64,000 nt of DNA from Somniosus microcephalus (Eukaryota): positions 70,370,001 to 70,434,000 of the forward strand of contig CM126216.1 in NCBI GenBank assembly GCA_052327205.1. Direction: 5' to 3'. Positions 51,430-63,960 of this stretch are shown piece by piece. The notes beneath the pieces were generated by a model that was given only the letters and a program-made list of their open reading frames with translations, had not been told where the DNA came from and searched no databases. Position 1 is the first letter of the stretch. Each line of letters begins with the position of its first letter. A program made the position numbers and the translations under genes.

Positions 51430-52263
51430 GGGCTGGATTTTCATTGAGGCAGGTAGGTAGGAGGCGGGACTGCAACTTTTGGGGTTGTAGTCCCGCCTCC
51501 ATCGAGTTCTAGCCAACCCACGCGATTTTGACTTGATTGACCTTGTTGAGCCCGCCCAGCGAGCTCAGCAGGCCAATTAAGGACCACCCGGCAACAGGTG
51601 ACATCACAGATTGAAATTTCATCTGTCAAGACCTTTTGACAGATGAAATATCAGCGTTTGACAGCTGTTTGAAGCTGTCAAACACTGACAATCTGTACTC
51701 CAGGTTAATTCCTTCCTATCAGGATAATTTAGAGATCTCCCCGGAACAGAAAGCAGAGGCTGCAGATTTTGACAGCTGGCGGCCATTCTGCTTTCTGTGC
51801 CGGGGAGATGAGGGACTCCCGAGACCTGAAGGAAGGGAGGCTGCAAAGGTAAGTAAAGGTTAGTAGAACTTCTTTAAACACTTTACACAGACCAAACACA
51901 CTTACCTCTGCACTCATGCACCTAGCACTCACCTGAACACCGGACATCTCAACCCCTCCATCCCGATGGCCCACCTCGCTAACTTGGCGTGGTTTGGAGC
52001 CGTCGGGAATCCCACATTTCAACAATGAAAATAGGGATTAGGCTAAAAACTGCCTGTTAACTACCTGTTAACAGGCAGTTAATTGGCACTAATCCCCTTC
52101 CTGCCTCGGGGAGGCGGGTCCCAGTGCGGGGTGGGTACCCGCCTCCTTTGAAACTGGCATGGAGGCGGGTTGGGGCGGGATAGGGTCGGGATCCCCGATT
52201 TCAGGATTTTAAACCCCCACATGCCTCCAATCCCGACACCACGGCCCAATGAAAATCCAGCCC
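51430..52263. mobile_element. Harbinger-type MITE, 834 bp, inside CR1
   Basis: 17-bp TIRs GGGCTGGATTTTCATTG/CAATGAAAATCCAGCCC; TSD AAA. Confidence 0.9.
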
Positions 52264-52950
52264 AAAGAGTCTGCAAAGGGATATAGATAGGTTAAGTGAG
52301 TGGCCAAAAATTTGGCAGATGGAGTATAATGTGGGAAAATGTGAGGTTATCCACTTTAGTAGGAAGAATAAAAGTAAATTATTATTTAAATGGAGAGACT
52401 ACGAAATGCTGCGGTACAGAGGGATCTGGGGGGGGGGGGGTCTTCTTACATGAAACACAAAAAGTTAGCATGCAGGTACAGCAAGTAATTAGGAAGGCAA
52501 ATGGAATGTTGGCCTTTATTGCAAGGAGAATGGAGTAGAAAAGTAGGGAAGTCTTGCTATAACTGTACAGGGCGCTGGTGAGACCACATTTGGAGTATTA
52601 CATGCAGTTTTGGTCTGCTTATTTAAGGAGGGATACACTTGCATTGGGTGCAGTTCAGAGAAGGTTCACGAGGTTGATTCCCGAGTTGTCTTATGAAGAA
52701 AGGGTGAGCAGGTTGGGCCTATATTCATTGGAGTTTAGAAGAATGAGAGGTGATCTTATTGAAACATAAAAGATTCTGAGGGGTTAGATGCAGGGAAGAT
52801 GTTTCCCCTCGTGGGGGAATCTAGAACTAGGGGGCATAGCTTCAGATTAAGGGGTCGCCCATTTAAAACGGAGATGAGGAGGAATTTCTTCTCTCTGAGG
52901 GTCGTGAATCTTTGGAATTCTCTACTCTAGAGAGCTGTGGAGGCAGAGTC

Positions 52951-53367
52951 ATTGCAGAGCCCTGCAGCGGGTAGTCAAAACTGCCCAACGTATTACCGGC
53001 ACCCGGCTACCGACCATAGAGCACATATACCAGAAACGCTGTTTACGGAGGTCACGGTCCATCATCGCCCTCCTGCCATCTGGGAGACGCTACAGATGCA
53101 TTCGCACCCGTACGACCAGATTTAGGAACAGCTTCTTTCCCAGGGCTGTCATCCTACTGAACTCCACAAATAAACTCTAAAGCCTGCACATCTGCCAATG
53201 CACTTTATTATGGTTATGTTTATGTTAACGTATTACAAGCCAAATGTATGTTGAATGTTTAAATGTCTTAATCTAAATGTACACTCTCGGGAGCCGCAAG
53301 CCTACATTTTGTTGTACTGCACTTGTGCACTAACAATGACAATAAAAAGTTGATTTGATTTGATTTG
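52951..53367 (+). mobile_element. Rex1/Babar LINE 3' fragment
   Basis: LLPSGRRYRCIRTRTTRFRNSFFPRAVILLN, followed by TGACAATAAA and (TTGAT)n tail. Confidence 0.82.
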
Positions 53368-53830
53368 ATCAAGGCAGAGATAGATAGATATTTGAGCTAC
53401 AGGGGAGTCAAGGGTTATGGAGAGTGGGCGGGAAAGTTGAGTTGAGGCCAAGATCAGCTCAGCCATGATCTTATTGAATGGCGGAGCAGGCACGAGGGGC
53501 CAAATGGCCTACACCTGCTCCTATTTCTTATGTTCTTATACAGTGGTCTTAACTGCAGATATTTGAAGATTGATTTTTATCTGTATGGGGTTAGTGATTA
53601 ATGAAATTCAGGAATGCAGACTAAAATAGCTCTGGTGAATGCACAATTTAAACAAACCTCATGATTATGCACTATATTGTAATAATCTTTTATTATTCCT
53701 GAATAGAAAAAAAAACCAAATAGTGATGGAAATGTGAAATAAAAGCAAAAAATGCTGACAACACACAGCAGGTCCATCAGCATTGTAATGAAAGGTTAAT
53801 GTTTCTGGTGGAATGACAGAGTTCTGGGGT

Positions 53831-54088
53831 TCACTTCTCTCCTGAGGCTTTTAAACTAATGTAGAACACCAAAAACTGAAGTATCAGTAAAAACTGCCAT
53901 TGCAGGCAGAAGTTGGACCTCTGCATTGAATCCAAGCTGGAACTAAAAGCTGTAATAGTTTTCTTTGCCAGTATTAAGATTGTTAAGGCCACTTGAGACC
54001 TGTTTGTTGCATTGCCTTCATCTGCAATAAGCAGACTGATGGCAAGATCACAATGTGTATCAGGACACACAGATTGTACCGTACATAT
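53831..54088 (+). pseudogene. Endogenous viral element fragment: RdRp finger motifs, degraded
   Basis: FKLM-RTPK..LQAEVGPLH*IQAGTKSCNSF-FASI aligns position for position with [35 protein letters not shown] (Q, E, L, I, K, N, F shared). Confidence 0.65.
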
Positions 54089-57000
54089 CATAGAATCCTA
54101 GAAAAGGAGGCCATTCGGCCAGTGTACCTGTGCTAGCTCATTGAAACAGCAGTCGTGCTTAGTCCCACAATCCCACTTTTTGTCCGTAACCCTGTAAATT
54201 CCTCATCCTCATGTACCTGTTAACTCCCTTTTAAAATTATTCATGGAATCAGCTTCCACCACCTTTTCAGGTAGAGTGCTTCAGATCCTGACAACGCTCA
54301 GTGAAAATATTTCTCTTCATCGCCCCTCTAGATCTTTTGCCAATGATTTTAAATCTATGACCTCCCGTTATTGACCCATGTGCCAGAAGCAATGATTTTT
54401 CTCTATCTACTCTATCAAAACCTCTCATCATCGTGAATACCTCTATTAGGTCACCTCTTAACCTTCTCTGTTCCAAGGAGAACAGTCCTAACTTTTCCAA
54501 CCTCTCCTTGTAACTGAAGTCCCTCATCCCGGTTTACATCCTGGTAAACCTCCTCTGTACCCTTTCTAAGGCCTTTACATCTTTCCTGGTGCGGTGCCCA
54601 GAATTGTCCACAACACTCCAGCCGAGGCCTAACCAGTGATTTATAAAGTTCTAGCATGATCTCTTTGCTTTTATATTCTATGCCTCGATTTATAAACCCA
54701 AATAACCTATATGCTTTTTTAACCACCATATCAACTTGCCCTGCCACCTTTAAGGATTTGTGTATATGGACATCTACACTTTTCAAAATCATGCCATTTA
54801 TAGCATATACTGTCTTTCCATATTAGTCCTCCCAAAGTGCATCACTTCACACTTCTCCACATTAAACTCCACCTGCCATGCTTTTGCCCATTTCACCATC
54901 CTGTCTATGTCATCCTGAAGTCTACAAGTATCCTCATCACTATCTACTATGTTACCAAGTTTCGTATCTTCTGAAAACTTTATAATGCTGCTCCATACAC
55001 CCGAGTCTAGGTCGTTTATAAAAATTGAAGAGTAATAAACCCAAAACTGACCTTTGGGGAACAGCACTACAAATCAACTCCCAGTCTGAAAAACATTAAT
55101 CAACCACTACCCTCTGCTTCCCGTCACTGAGCCAATTCCATATCCATACCGCCACTTTCCCCTTAATTCCATGGGCTTCCAGCTTCTTAACAAGCCTCCT
55201 GTGCAGCACTTTATCAAATGCCTTCCGAAAGTCGATATATACATCTACTGCACTACCTTGATCAACCTTCTCGGTTACCTCATCAAAGAATTCAATCAAG
55301 TTAGTCAGACACGATTTGCCTTTAACAATTCCATGCTGGCGCTCCTTGATTAACCCATGCCTTTCCAAATGAAAGTTTATTTTGTCCCTGATGATCGTTT
55401 CCAATAACTTCCCCACCACTGATGTTAGGCTGACTGACCTGTAGTTTCCTGGTTTATCCCTCTTCTGCTTCTTGAATAGTGGTATAACATTAACAACCCT
55501 CCAGTCCTCCGGCACTACTCCTGTATCCAATCCCTTGGCCAAAATAACTCCCCAAATGTTTATAAAATGTTTTAGGATTCAATTTAACGTTGCCTGCTAA
55601 TCTTTTCTCGTAACCTCTCTTTGCCTCCCATATTAACTTTTTCAATTCCCTCCTGTACTTTCCATAATCTTCCTGGTTATTAACTGAATCTTATTCCTGA
55701 CATTTGTCATAAGACTCCTTTTTCTGTTTTATTTTAACTTTTATTTCCTGTCATCCAGGGCATATTAGCTTTGGATGTTCTACCTTTTCCCTTCAAATGT
55801 AGATGCCTAGTTTGTACCTGAACTATCACTTCCCTGAATGCCTTCCATTGCTCCATTACTGCTTTACCCTGCAATCGCTTTTCCAATCTACCTGTGCTAG
55901 GTCCCTTTTTAAAATAATTGAAATTAGCTCTTCCCCAGTTGAGCATTTTTACCTTTGATATTTTCTGGTCTCTTTCCATAATTACTCTAAACCGAATTAT
56001 GTTGTGGTCACTGTTAGCTAGATGATCTCGTACTGTAACACACTTCACTTGTCCTATTTAATTTCCCAGAACCAGATCTAACACTGCTTTCTTCCTTGTT
56101 GGATTGGAGACATATTGATCAAGACAGTCTCTTGTACACATATCAGAAATGCTTCTCCTTCCCTATCCTTAGCACTGTGTTTTTCCCCAGTCTATATTAG
56201 GATATAATTGAAGTCTCCTAATATTACTACACTATTTTTGATATATGCCTTTGAAATTTGCCAACGAAGTTGCTAATCTATCTCCTTCTCACCGTTTGGA
56301 GCTCCATAAAAAAAACTCCCAGCAATGTAACAGTTCCCTCTCTGTTCCTTAACTCAGGGTATAACATGTTTAGAAAAGATAGAGAGAGAAAGAGGAGGTG
56401 GAGTGGCTGTACTTACTAGGGATAACACAATGGCAGTAGAAAAAAAGTGATGTAGCTATCAGCAAGACAAAAATAGAATCCATGAGGATAGAGATAAAAG
56501 ATAACAAAGGATCAATCACACTAATGGGTTAGTTTACAAACCACCTAATAGTGGAAGGGAGGTGGAGGAAAAATATGCAAACAAATTAGGGAAATGAGTA
56601 AAAAACATAGAATAATCATCATGGGGAATTTCAACTACCCCGATATTAATTGAAGAGATAGATAAAGGGGATAAGGGAATGAAGTTCCTACAATGTGTAC
56701 AGGACTCCTTTCTAACCCAGTATGTAAAAAGCCCAACAAGGGAAGATTCGTGATTGGATCTAGTAATGGGGAATGAACCAGAGCAGATAAAAGAAGTAAA
56801 AGTAGGCGAACATCTAGGCAATAGTGACCATAATATAATACGCTTTAAGATAATAATTGAGAAGCACGTAAGTATGACGAAGACCAGGGTAATAGATTGG
56901 AGAAAAGCCGATTTTGAGGGGCTGAGAATAGAACGTGGGTAAATAAAATGGACAACAATATTGGCAAATAATGATGCAGAACAGCAGTGGGAAATATTTT

Positions 57001-59734
57001 AAAGTGTTCAAATATATTCCGCTAAAAAACAAGAACAAGCTAAGCACTAATGAGACACCATGGATGAATAAAGGCATAAGGGAAAAATTGAGGGTAAGGA
57101 AAGAGGCATACACTAAGTAAATGGACAGCAGAGGCGAGCATGACAAGAGAGAATACGAAGAGCTTAGAAGAGAAGTCAAAAAAAAATTAGAAAGGCGAAA
57201 AAGAACTATGAAATTAAATTATCAAGGAACATAAAACAAAATAGTAAAATATTTTACAGGTACATAATTAAAAAAGGAAAGTCAGAATGGGAATAGGGCC
57301 ACTAAGGGATGGACAGGATAATATCACAGGCAGCAATAGAGAGATGGCAGAAATATTAAATAATTACTTTGCTTCAGTATTTACAGGGAGACAGAACAGG
57401 TGGACAACTCATCCGCACATTTTAAAAGAATTTAGGGAAGGGATAGTAAAGGCATTACTACACATGTTTAATAATTCATTAGAACAAGGTGTAGTGCCAG
57501 AGGACTGGCGGATCGCTAACGTAATACCAATATTTAAGAAGGGAGATAGAACATGTCCAGGGAACTATAGAACAATCAGCTTAACATCAGTGGTAGGAAA
57601 AATAATAATGGAATCCCTACTAAAGAAAAAAATAGAAGAACATCTAGAAACCAAAAATATAATGAATGGATTTTAAAAGGGAAAGTCTTGCTTGACCAAC
57701 CTCATTAATTTTTTGAAGAGATAACAGTTAGAGTAGACAAGGGTAATGTAGTAGATGTAATTTATCTAGATTTTCAAAAGGCATTCAATAAAGTACCACA
57801 TAATAGACGAATGAAAAAGGCCAGAGAATGCAGACTCGGGACAAGTAGCAGAATGGATAACTAGCTGGCTTCAAGACAGAAAGCAGAGAGTAGGGGTAAA
57901 GGGTAGCTATTCAGAGTGGCAGAAGGTGGGAAGTGCAGTTCCACATGGATCAGTGCTGGGAGCACTGCTATTCACAATTTATATTAACGATTTAGAGTTT
58001 GGACTCAAAAACACAATTTCTAAATTTGCAGATTACACCGAATTGCGGCGGGGGGGGGGGGTGGGGGGGCGTGGTTAATAGTCAATACTGAGGAGGACTG
58101 CAACAAATTACAAGAAGACATTAATAAACTTGCAGAATGGGCATATAATTGGCAAATGAAATTCAACACAGATCAATGTGAGGTATTACATTTTGGTAAG
58201 AAAAATAGGGAGGTCTCATATTACTTGGAAAATACGGATCTGAATGGGGTAGAAGAGCAAAGGAAATCTCGGAGTACAAATACACAAATTACTAAAAGTA
58301 GGGACACAGGTTGACAAGGCCATTAAAAAGCAAACTAAGCACTAGGTTTTATTTCTAGAGGGAATGAATTGAAAAGTAGAGAAGTTATGTTAAACCTGTA
58401 TTGAACCTTGGTTAGACCACATTTGGAGTATTGCGTACAATTCTGGTCGCCATATTATAAAAAGGATATAGAGGCACTGGAGAGAGTTCAGGAAAGATTT
58501 ACAAGGATGATACCAGAAATGTGAGGTATACCTAACAGGCTGAGTCTCTTTTCTCTTGAAAAGAGAAGGCTGAGGGGTGACCTAATAGAGGTCTTTAAAA
58601 CTATGAAATGTTTTGATGGAGTGGATACAGAGAGGGTGTTTCCACTTGTGGGGAAGAGCAAAACTAGGGGCTATCAATATAAGACAGTCACCAAGAAATC
58701 AAATAGGGAATTCAGAAGAAACTTCTTTACCCAGAGAGTGGCGAGAATGTGGAATTCGCTACCTCAGGAAATGGTTGAAGCGAATAGTATAGATGCATTT
58801 AAGGGGAGCCTTATAAGCATGAGGGAGAAAGGAATATGCGGATAGAGTTAGATGAGGAAAGATGGGAGGAGGCTCAAGTGGAGCATAAACGTCGACATGG
58901 ATTGGTTGGGTCGAATGGCCTGTTTCTGCACTGTATATCCTATGTAAGCCAAATAGATTCAGTTCCAGAACCATCTAGTATATCCTTTCTATTTAAAAAT
59001 GTAACATCATCCTTAATCAATACTGTCATAACCCCTCTACTTTTTCCTTCTTTATCATTCCTGAATACTTGGTAACCAGGAATATTAAGAACCCATTCCT
59101 GGCCTTATCTAAGCCATGTCTCTGTTAATGCAACCACATCATAATCCCATATGGCAATTTGTGCCTGCAGCTCATCAACCTTATTAGCTACACTATGGAC
59201 ATTGACCTACATACAATTTAATACCTCCTTTGTCATTTTCCTCAATCTGGTCCCTGCAATTTTGGGGATATTTATAATTTTACTGCTGCTGATATTTCTC
59301 TGTGTTCCGGTCTCATTGCTGTTCCTTTCTGGTTCCTCTCCCCTTGCCAAATTAGTTTAAACCCTCCCCAACAGTACTAGTTACCTCTCAGTGAGAACAT
59401 TGGTCCTGGCTCTGTTCAGGTGCAACCCGTCCATCCTGTATAGGTGCCCCTTCCCCCAGAACTGGTCCCAATACCCCAAGAATCTGAAACCCTCCTTCCT
59501 GCACCATTTCTCCAGGCACGCTTTTACCTGCACTATTTTGCTGTTTCAATATTCACTAGCACGTGGCACTGGGAGTAATCCTGAGATTACTACCTTTGAG
59601 GTCCTGTTTTTTAATCTTTTTCCTAGCTCCTGAAGCTCTGCTTGGAGGACCTCAACGCTTTTTCTACCTATGTCATAGGTTCCAACATGGACCACGATTT
59701 CTGGCTGTTCCCCTTCCCCTCGCAAAATGTCCAT
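54089..59734. mobile_element. Minus-strand CR1 (54089-56355 and 58948-59734) interrupted by a plus-strand CR1 (56356-58947)
   Basis: ORF1 VVHVGT.DI..VVISGLLPVP, plus endonuclease and RT remnants on both strands. Confidence 0.88.
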
Positions 59735-60086
59735 ATATGTCTGCTACTTTGCCCAAAAATCTTGCAACTGCTCACATGATTCCATTTTGCTGCTTAGAAT
59801 TCTGCACAGAACACAGGGGAATGAAAGGATTAGTTAGCCTTCCCCAATATTATTGGCACACTGTTTCTTTCTGTAGGTTTCCATATCTTATACGCTAATA
59901 AATTCATAAATGCTGAACCCATCTCTTTATATGGTATATCTTTGAGATGACAGCTTCACTGTTTTTCACTTGAGGCATACAATATTTGTCAGCTGGGGCT
60001 GTAGGGACAAAATTCTTCTAACTCTGCTAGCTGAACAAAACATTATGCTCTGCAGTGTGGAATAGTTTCCATTGGAATCACTTTTG
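59735..60086 (+). pseudogene. Endogenous viral element fragment: RdRp motif A region, degraded
   Basis: AEPISLYGISLR*QLHCFSLEAYNICQLGL (59912-60001) vs [29 protein letters not shown]. Confidence 0.65.
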
Positions 60087-60475
60087 TGACGTCAGTTGTG
60101 GCTCAGTGGTAGCATCACTCCTGAGACTTGAGCACATAATCTAGGCTGGCACTTTAGTGCTGCATTGTCGGAGGTACCACCTTTCGGATGAGACGTTAAA
60201 CCATGGCCCTATCTGCCCTCTCGGGTGAATGTAGAAGATACCGGGGCGTTCTCCCAGTCTCCTGGCCAATATTCATTCCTCTTAACAACATCTAAAACAA
60301 ATGATCTGGTCATTTATTTCATTGCTGTTTGTGGGAGCTTGCTGTGTGCAAAATAACTGCCACATTTCCTACATTACAACAGTGACAACACTTCAAAAAG
60401 TCCTTAATTGGCTGTGAAGTGCTTTGAGACACTCTGAGGTTGTGAAAGGTGCTATATAAATGCAGGTCTTTCTTT
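60087..60475 (+). mobile_element. tRNA-derived Deu-domain SINE with L2-type tail
   Basis: GTGGCTCAGTGGTAGCA A-box; CTTTCGGATGAGACGTTAAACC..GCTGTTTGTGGGAGCTTGCTGTG body; CTATATAAATGCAGGTCTTTCTTTC tail. Confidence 0.8.
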
Positions 60476-60970
60476 CATCAAATTTCTTCTGTATCTTGAT
60501 TGTCTCATCTCAAAATTAGCTCTAATATACAGTTAGTGGGCTCCGATTGTTCGATAACTCATCAACATGAAAATCATTTATTGGCAAACAGCACTTTATC
60601 CAGAAGCATAGACGCAGCAGTCAGTGTAATGTATTTTCTTTTTAAAGGGAGCTGCCACGTTCTCCCTGATATCTCTGCTCTTCAGTGTGTTCAGTGGCAC
60701 AGCTGCTTTTAACTCGAATATTACAGTTGTTAAGCTACTTAATAGATGCCAAAGAACAACCATGAAGATTAGTTTCTTCGTTTCCGCTAACATAAGTGGC
60801 TTGGGGAATTAAAATATGGCTCAGTGGAGTGCTCGGGCTGCATCACAGTCTTGCCAGTGGTGCCAATTTTATTACAACAATGCCAACCATGCCCAAGAAG
60901 AGTAATTAGCCCTGATGAATGTTTCGACAAAATATTAACCAGCTGGTAATTGACATCAATGGGCAAAACC
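60476..60970 (+). pseudogene. Endogenous viral element fragment: RdRp motif C and thumb region, degraded
   Basis: QLVGSDCSI (GSD at 60539-60547, where GDD is expected); YFLFKGSCHVLPD (cf. YVIHHDRGCIVYYDP); MKISF..SGLGN (cf. FRRSL..SLNN). Confidence 0.5.
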
Positions 60971-60973
60971 ACT

Positions 60974-61520
60974 TGGTGAGTGATGAAAGTACACAACAGA
61001 ACAGAGCCACTTGCCTACAGATGTCACACTGCATCATCCAAGAATGTCAATGGGTGGGAAGGGATAGGGAGTGGGCAGAATTATGTATTATATTATAGTA
61101 TTATTTTAGTTTACTGGGGCAATAAGATAAATATAGACTTAAGAGTTTACTATTGATGGTTTCTCTTTTGGATATTGATGGACCTACTGTACTATGCATT
61201 TTCAGTGTTTTCTATTTTTATTTTAGATTAAAAATTGTTCAGTACCTCTTCCCTGTTGCATTAAATTTGAAGCACCCGCTCCCCCAAATGGGATTGAGTG
61301 AAGAGCCATCTAGTGTTTAGAAAATTGTTTTCACGACTGACTGGTGAGTGATGAATGCATACAACAGAACAGAGCCACTTACCTACACAGATTTCATAAG
61401 GCAGCATCCATATATTCCATCAGTGGTGGGTGTGGAGAGAGTGAAGTATTACACACCAAAATTTATATTAGCTGACGTAGAATAAGATAAATGTAAACTT
61501 AACGATATGATTTATTATTG
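60974..61520 (+). repeat. Diverged direct duplication (60974-61155 and 61342-61520)
   Basis: Shared TGGTGAGTGATGAA..ACAACAGAACAGAGCCACTT.CCTACA and AATAAGATAAAT.TA.ACTTAA. Confidence 0.8.
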
Positions 61521-61794
61521 CTGCTCGCCATAAAAAACATCAGCCACTAGTTTCAAGAAATCAGCTTTTAAGCATTACAGCATTTTCTCAGTCACTTTAG
61601 TAATCCATGTGGTTAATGGTTGCCTGTTATAGCCCTAAAACAGTCAAAGTGAGGTACAGGGAGGTCAATATCTTCAGGAGAGGAACAGAGGAAGAAAATT
61701 AGGAATAAAAATAATTTTTTAAAAAGGGATCGGCATTTGGCCTTAAAGGCTTTACTGGTTTCTAAAAATTCTTTTTATTCTTATGTAGAAGGCA

Positions 61795-62050
61795 TAGGGT
61801 TGCCAATCCTCTCGGATTGCCTGGGAGTCTCCCGGAATGAGACATCAATCGCCCGGGCACTGCTGCCAGCAGCCAGGGAGAACTTTGTCCTTTAAATTTC
61901 ATGCTGAAGCAGCAGCCCACCCCCGCTCTGTGACGTCACCGGCTGACGCCGCAGACAGGCCTTTGGCTCCGTGACGTCAATCCTTACTGCCGCAGCGAGC
62001 CAGCTCTTGCTTAGGGGTGACTGAAAACGGGGCCGGACTGGTTGCTGGGA
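61795..62050. mobile_element. Possible hAT-type DNA transposon end
   Basis: Begins TAGGGTTGCCAA; no partner TIR found. Confidence 0.35.
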
Positions 62051-62316
62051 GACTGGGGGGGATGAAGAGAGATAAACGGATGAGGAGAGGTTCAGGGTTA
62101 GGGTGAACAAGGCCTAGGATGCAGGAGAATAGGCATCAAAGGGATGGGGGGTAAGAGTGGATGAAAGGGAACTGGTGAGGGTCAGGGGGAGAGGGTTACA
62201 GGGGACTGGGGAATAAGGGTTGGGGAATCGGGGGAGAGGGAAATTGGGGAACAGGGTCAGGAGATTGGTCCATGGCGGGTAAGAGAGGGTGACTATGGAA
62301 TGAGGGTTGGGAGCTC

Positions 62317-62320
<4 letters not shown>

Positions 62321-62376
<56 letters not shown>
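62321..62376. repeat. (AG)n microsatellite
   Basis: 28 perfect AG units. Confidence 0.97.
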
Positions 62377-62378
<2 letters not shown>

Positions 62379-63199
62379 TGAGTGAGTGTCAGGACCATTG
62401 GGGCTTGGAGAGAGGGAGACTGATGAATGGGTTGAGTGTGTGGCCCAGCATTTCCTGAAGAGCCAGGAGCAGCAGCAGCAACATGGTGAGTGGGAATTAC
62501 ACTGAGAGGAGCAGCCTGTAAAGGGATGAGTGAGACCTGGGAACTTTACTATGGGTAAACGGTGATTCTTTCCACTGGTGGGCGAATGGGGAACAAGGGG
62601 ATGAAGACTGAGAATTCTCACTGGAAGAACCAAGGGAGAAGGAAAGCTTTTGAACCGAGGGCTATTTGACCATGGGTGCTGACGTATAATGTGAGGTCAA
62701 CTGCTTTACATGATATTGCACAGCTCCCAGCACTGAGCAAATGATGTGCTGCACTCTGGTACTGTTCAGTCTAGAATGCCAGCAGGCCTGTAGTTGCAGG
62801 GACGGCCTCTGACCCAGCACAAGGAGATACCCCTATTCCTAGATACACAACAGTCAAGCACTTCACTTGCTCTTCCCCCTGAGTAAACACCAACATTGAG
62901 AAGTAGAAGGTACAAGCCATACACTCTCACAGAGGGGAAGCTTTGGATTAAATACAGTCACAACACACAGTGAATGGGTGAATAATATTTGGGTTAACTG
63001 GTACTGTAATAAGTCATGAGAGTTAATTTGGAATGGGTCAGGATATGGTAGTTGTGGTGCAATGAAATTGTATTCATGGTCTTGAAGTAAGGCTGAGGGT
63101 AATGGTGGGATCCTATTTTTTTTGCCAAATATTGGTCTGCAGGCATCTCTTCTGGTTGTAAGCCAAGGTCCTCTTCTGCCACAGGTTGTGGTGGGCTGT

Positions 63200-63400
63200 C
63201 TTTTTCCCCATGCACCAATGTATTTGCAGTGTGAAGTTATACAAGCTGCTGTCAACAATAATCTGGGCTATTTTGGCTGGCTGTATAGCAAAACACCCCC
63301 TGATGAGTCAAGGCATCTGAACCTTTACTTCAGCATGCCGATGGTCTGCTGCATCAAGTTATGTGTCTCACTGTATCTTTTATTTTGGCTTGGCCATTTT
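63200..63400 (-). mobile_element. Harbinger transposase remnant
   Basis: KRYSETHNLMQQTIGMLK*RFRCLDSSGG on the minus strand. Confidence 0.7.
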
Positions 63401-63477
63401 CCTTAAAAAGATTTGGGCATAGTGATCTTAATATGCATGTTAGGCAGAAGCTTGCCTGAAAGGGAAGAGTTTCTCCA

Positions 63478-63960
63478 GAAATAACAGAAAATGCTGGAAA
63501 AACTCAGCAGGTCAGGCAACATCCGTGGAGAGAAATTTGAGTTGACGTTTCGGGTCGAAACCCTTCTTCAAAACTGGAAAGAAAATAAAATAGATCGAAG
63601 GCAAGGCTGCGAACGAACAAAAGAGACAATAAAAGGTATTAGAAGCCAGACGAGATGGTAATAGGCCCGTGGAGACAAAAGGCAGCTGAGATTAGGTGTG
63701 AAGTGTACTGGCAGATAAGAGACAGCTGCCAAGTGAGAGAGAGAGAAACAAAAGGAAAGGAGGGGGGGGGGGTGGAAAAGGAGGACCCAAAACAAAGGGG
63801 TGGAAAAAATTATAAGTAAAAAAGTAATAGGGGCCGAGGTTATGATCTGAAATTGTTGAACTCGATATCGAGTCCGGAAGGTTGCAAAGTGCCTAGTCAG
63901 AAGATGAGTTGCTGTTCCTCGAGTTTACGTTGAGCTTCCGTGGAACAATACAAGAGTCCA
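63478..63960 (-). mobile_element. Penelope pLTR / 3' fragment
   Basis: Homologous to 12391-12890 and 38771-39250. Confidence 0.88.

Larger units (their letters stand above)
43935..53537. mobile_element. Nested CR1 cluster: plus-strand CR1 (43935-43975, 45557-46115, 50314-53537) interrupted by minus-strand CR1 copies (43976-45555, ~46115-50313)
   Basis: Endonuclease and RT motifs on both strands (YRPPNS, MGDFN, SDHN, NYRPVSLTS, QHGF, DFQKAFD, FADDTK); the plus-strand copy resumes after each insertion. Confidence 0.9.

Noticed and set aside
53831-54091. Minus-strand ORF containing LLIADEG, resembling a Walker B motif
   Set aside because: No Walker A upstream, and the plus strand gives a better, collinear RdRp match.
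62863-63406. ORFs as upstream exons of the host gene
   Set aside because: No TBC similarity; part of the region is a Harbinger transposase remnant.
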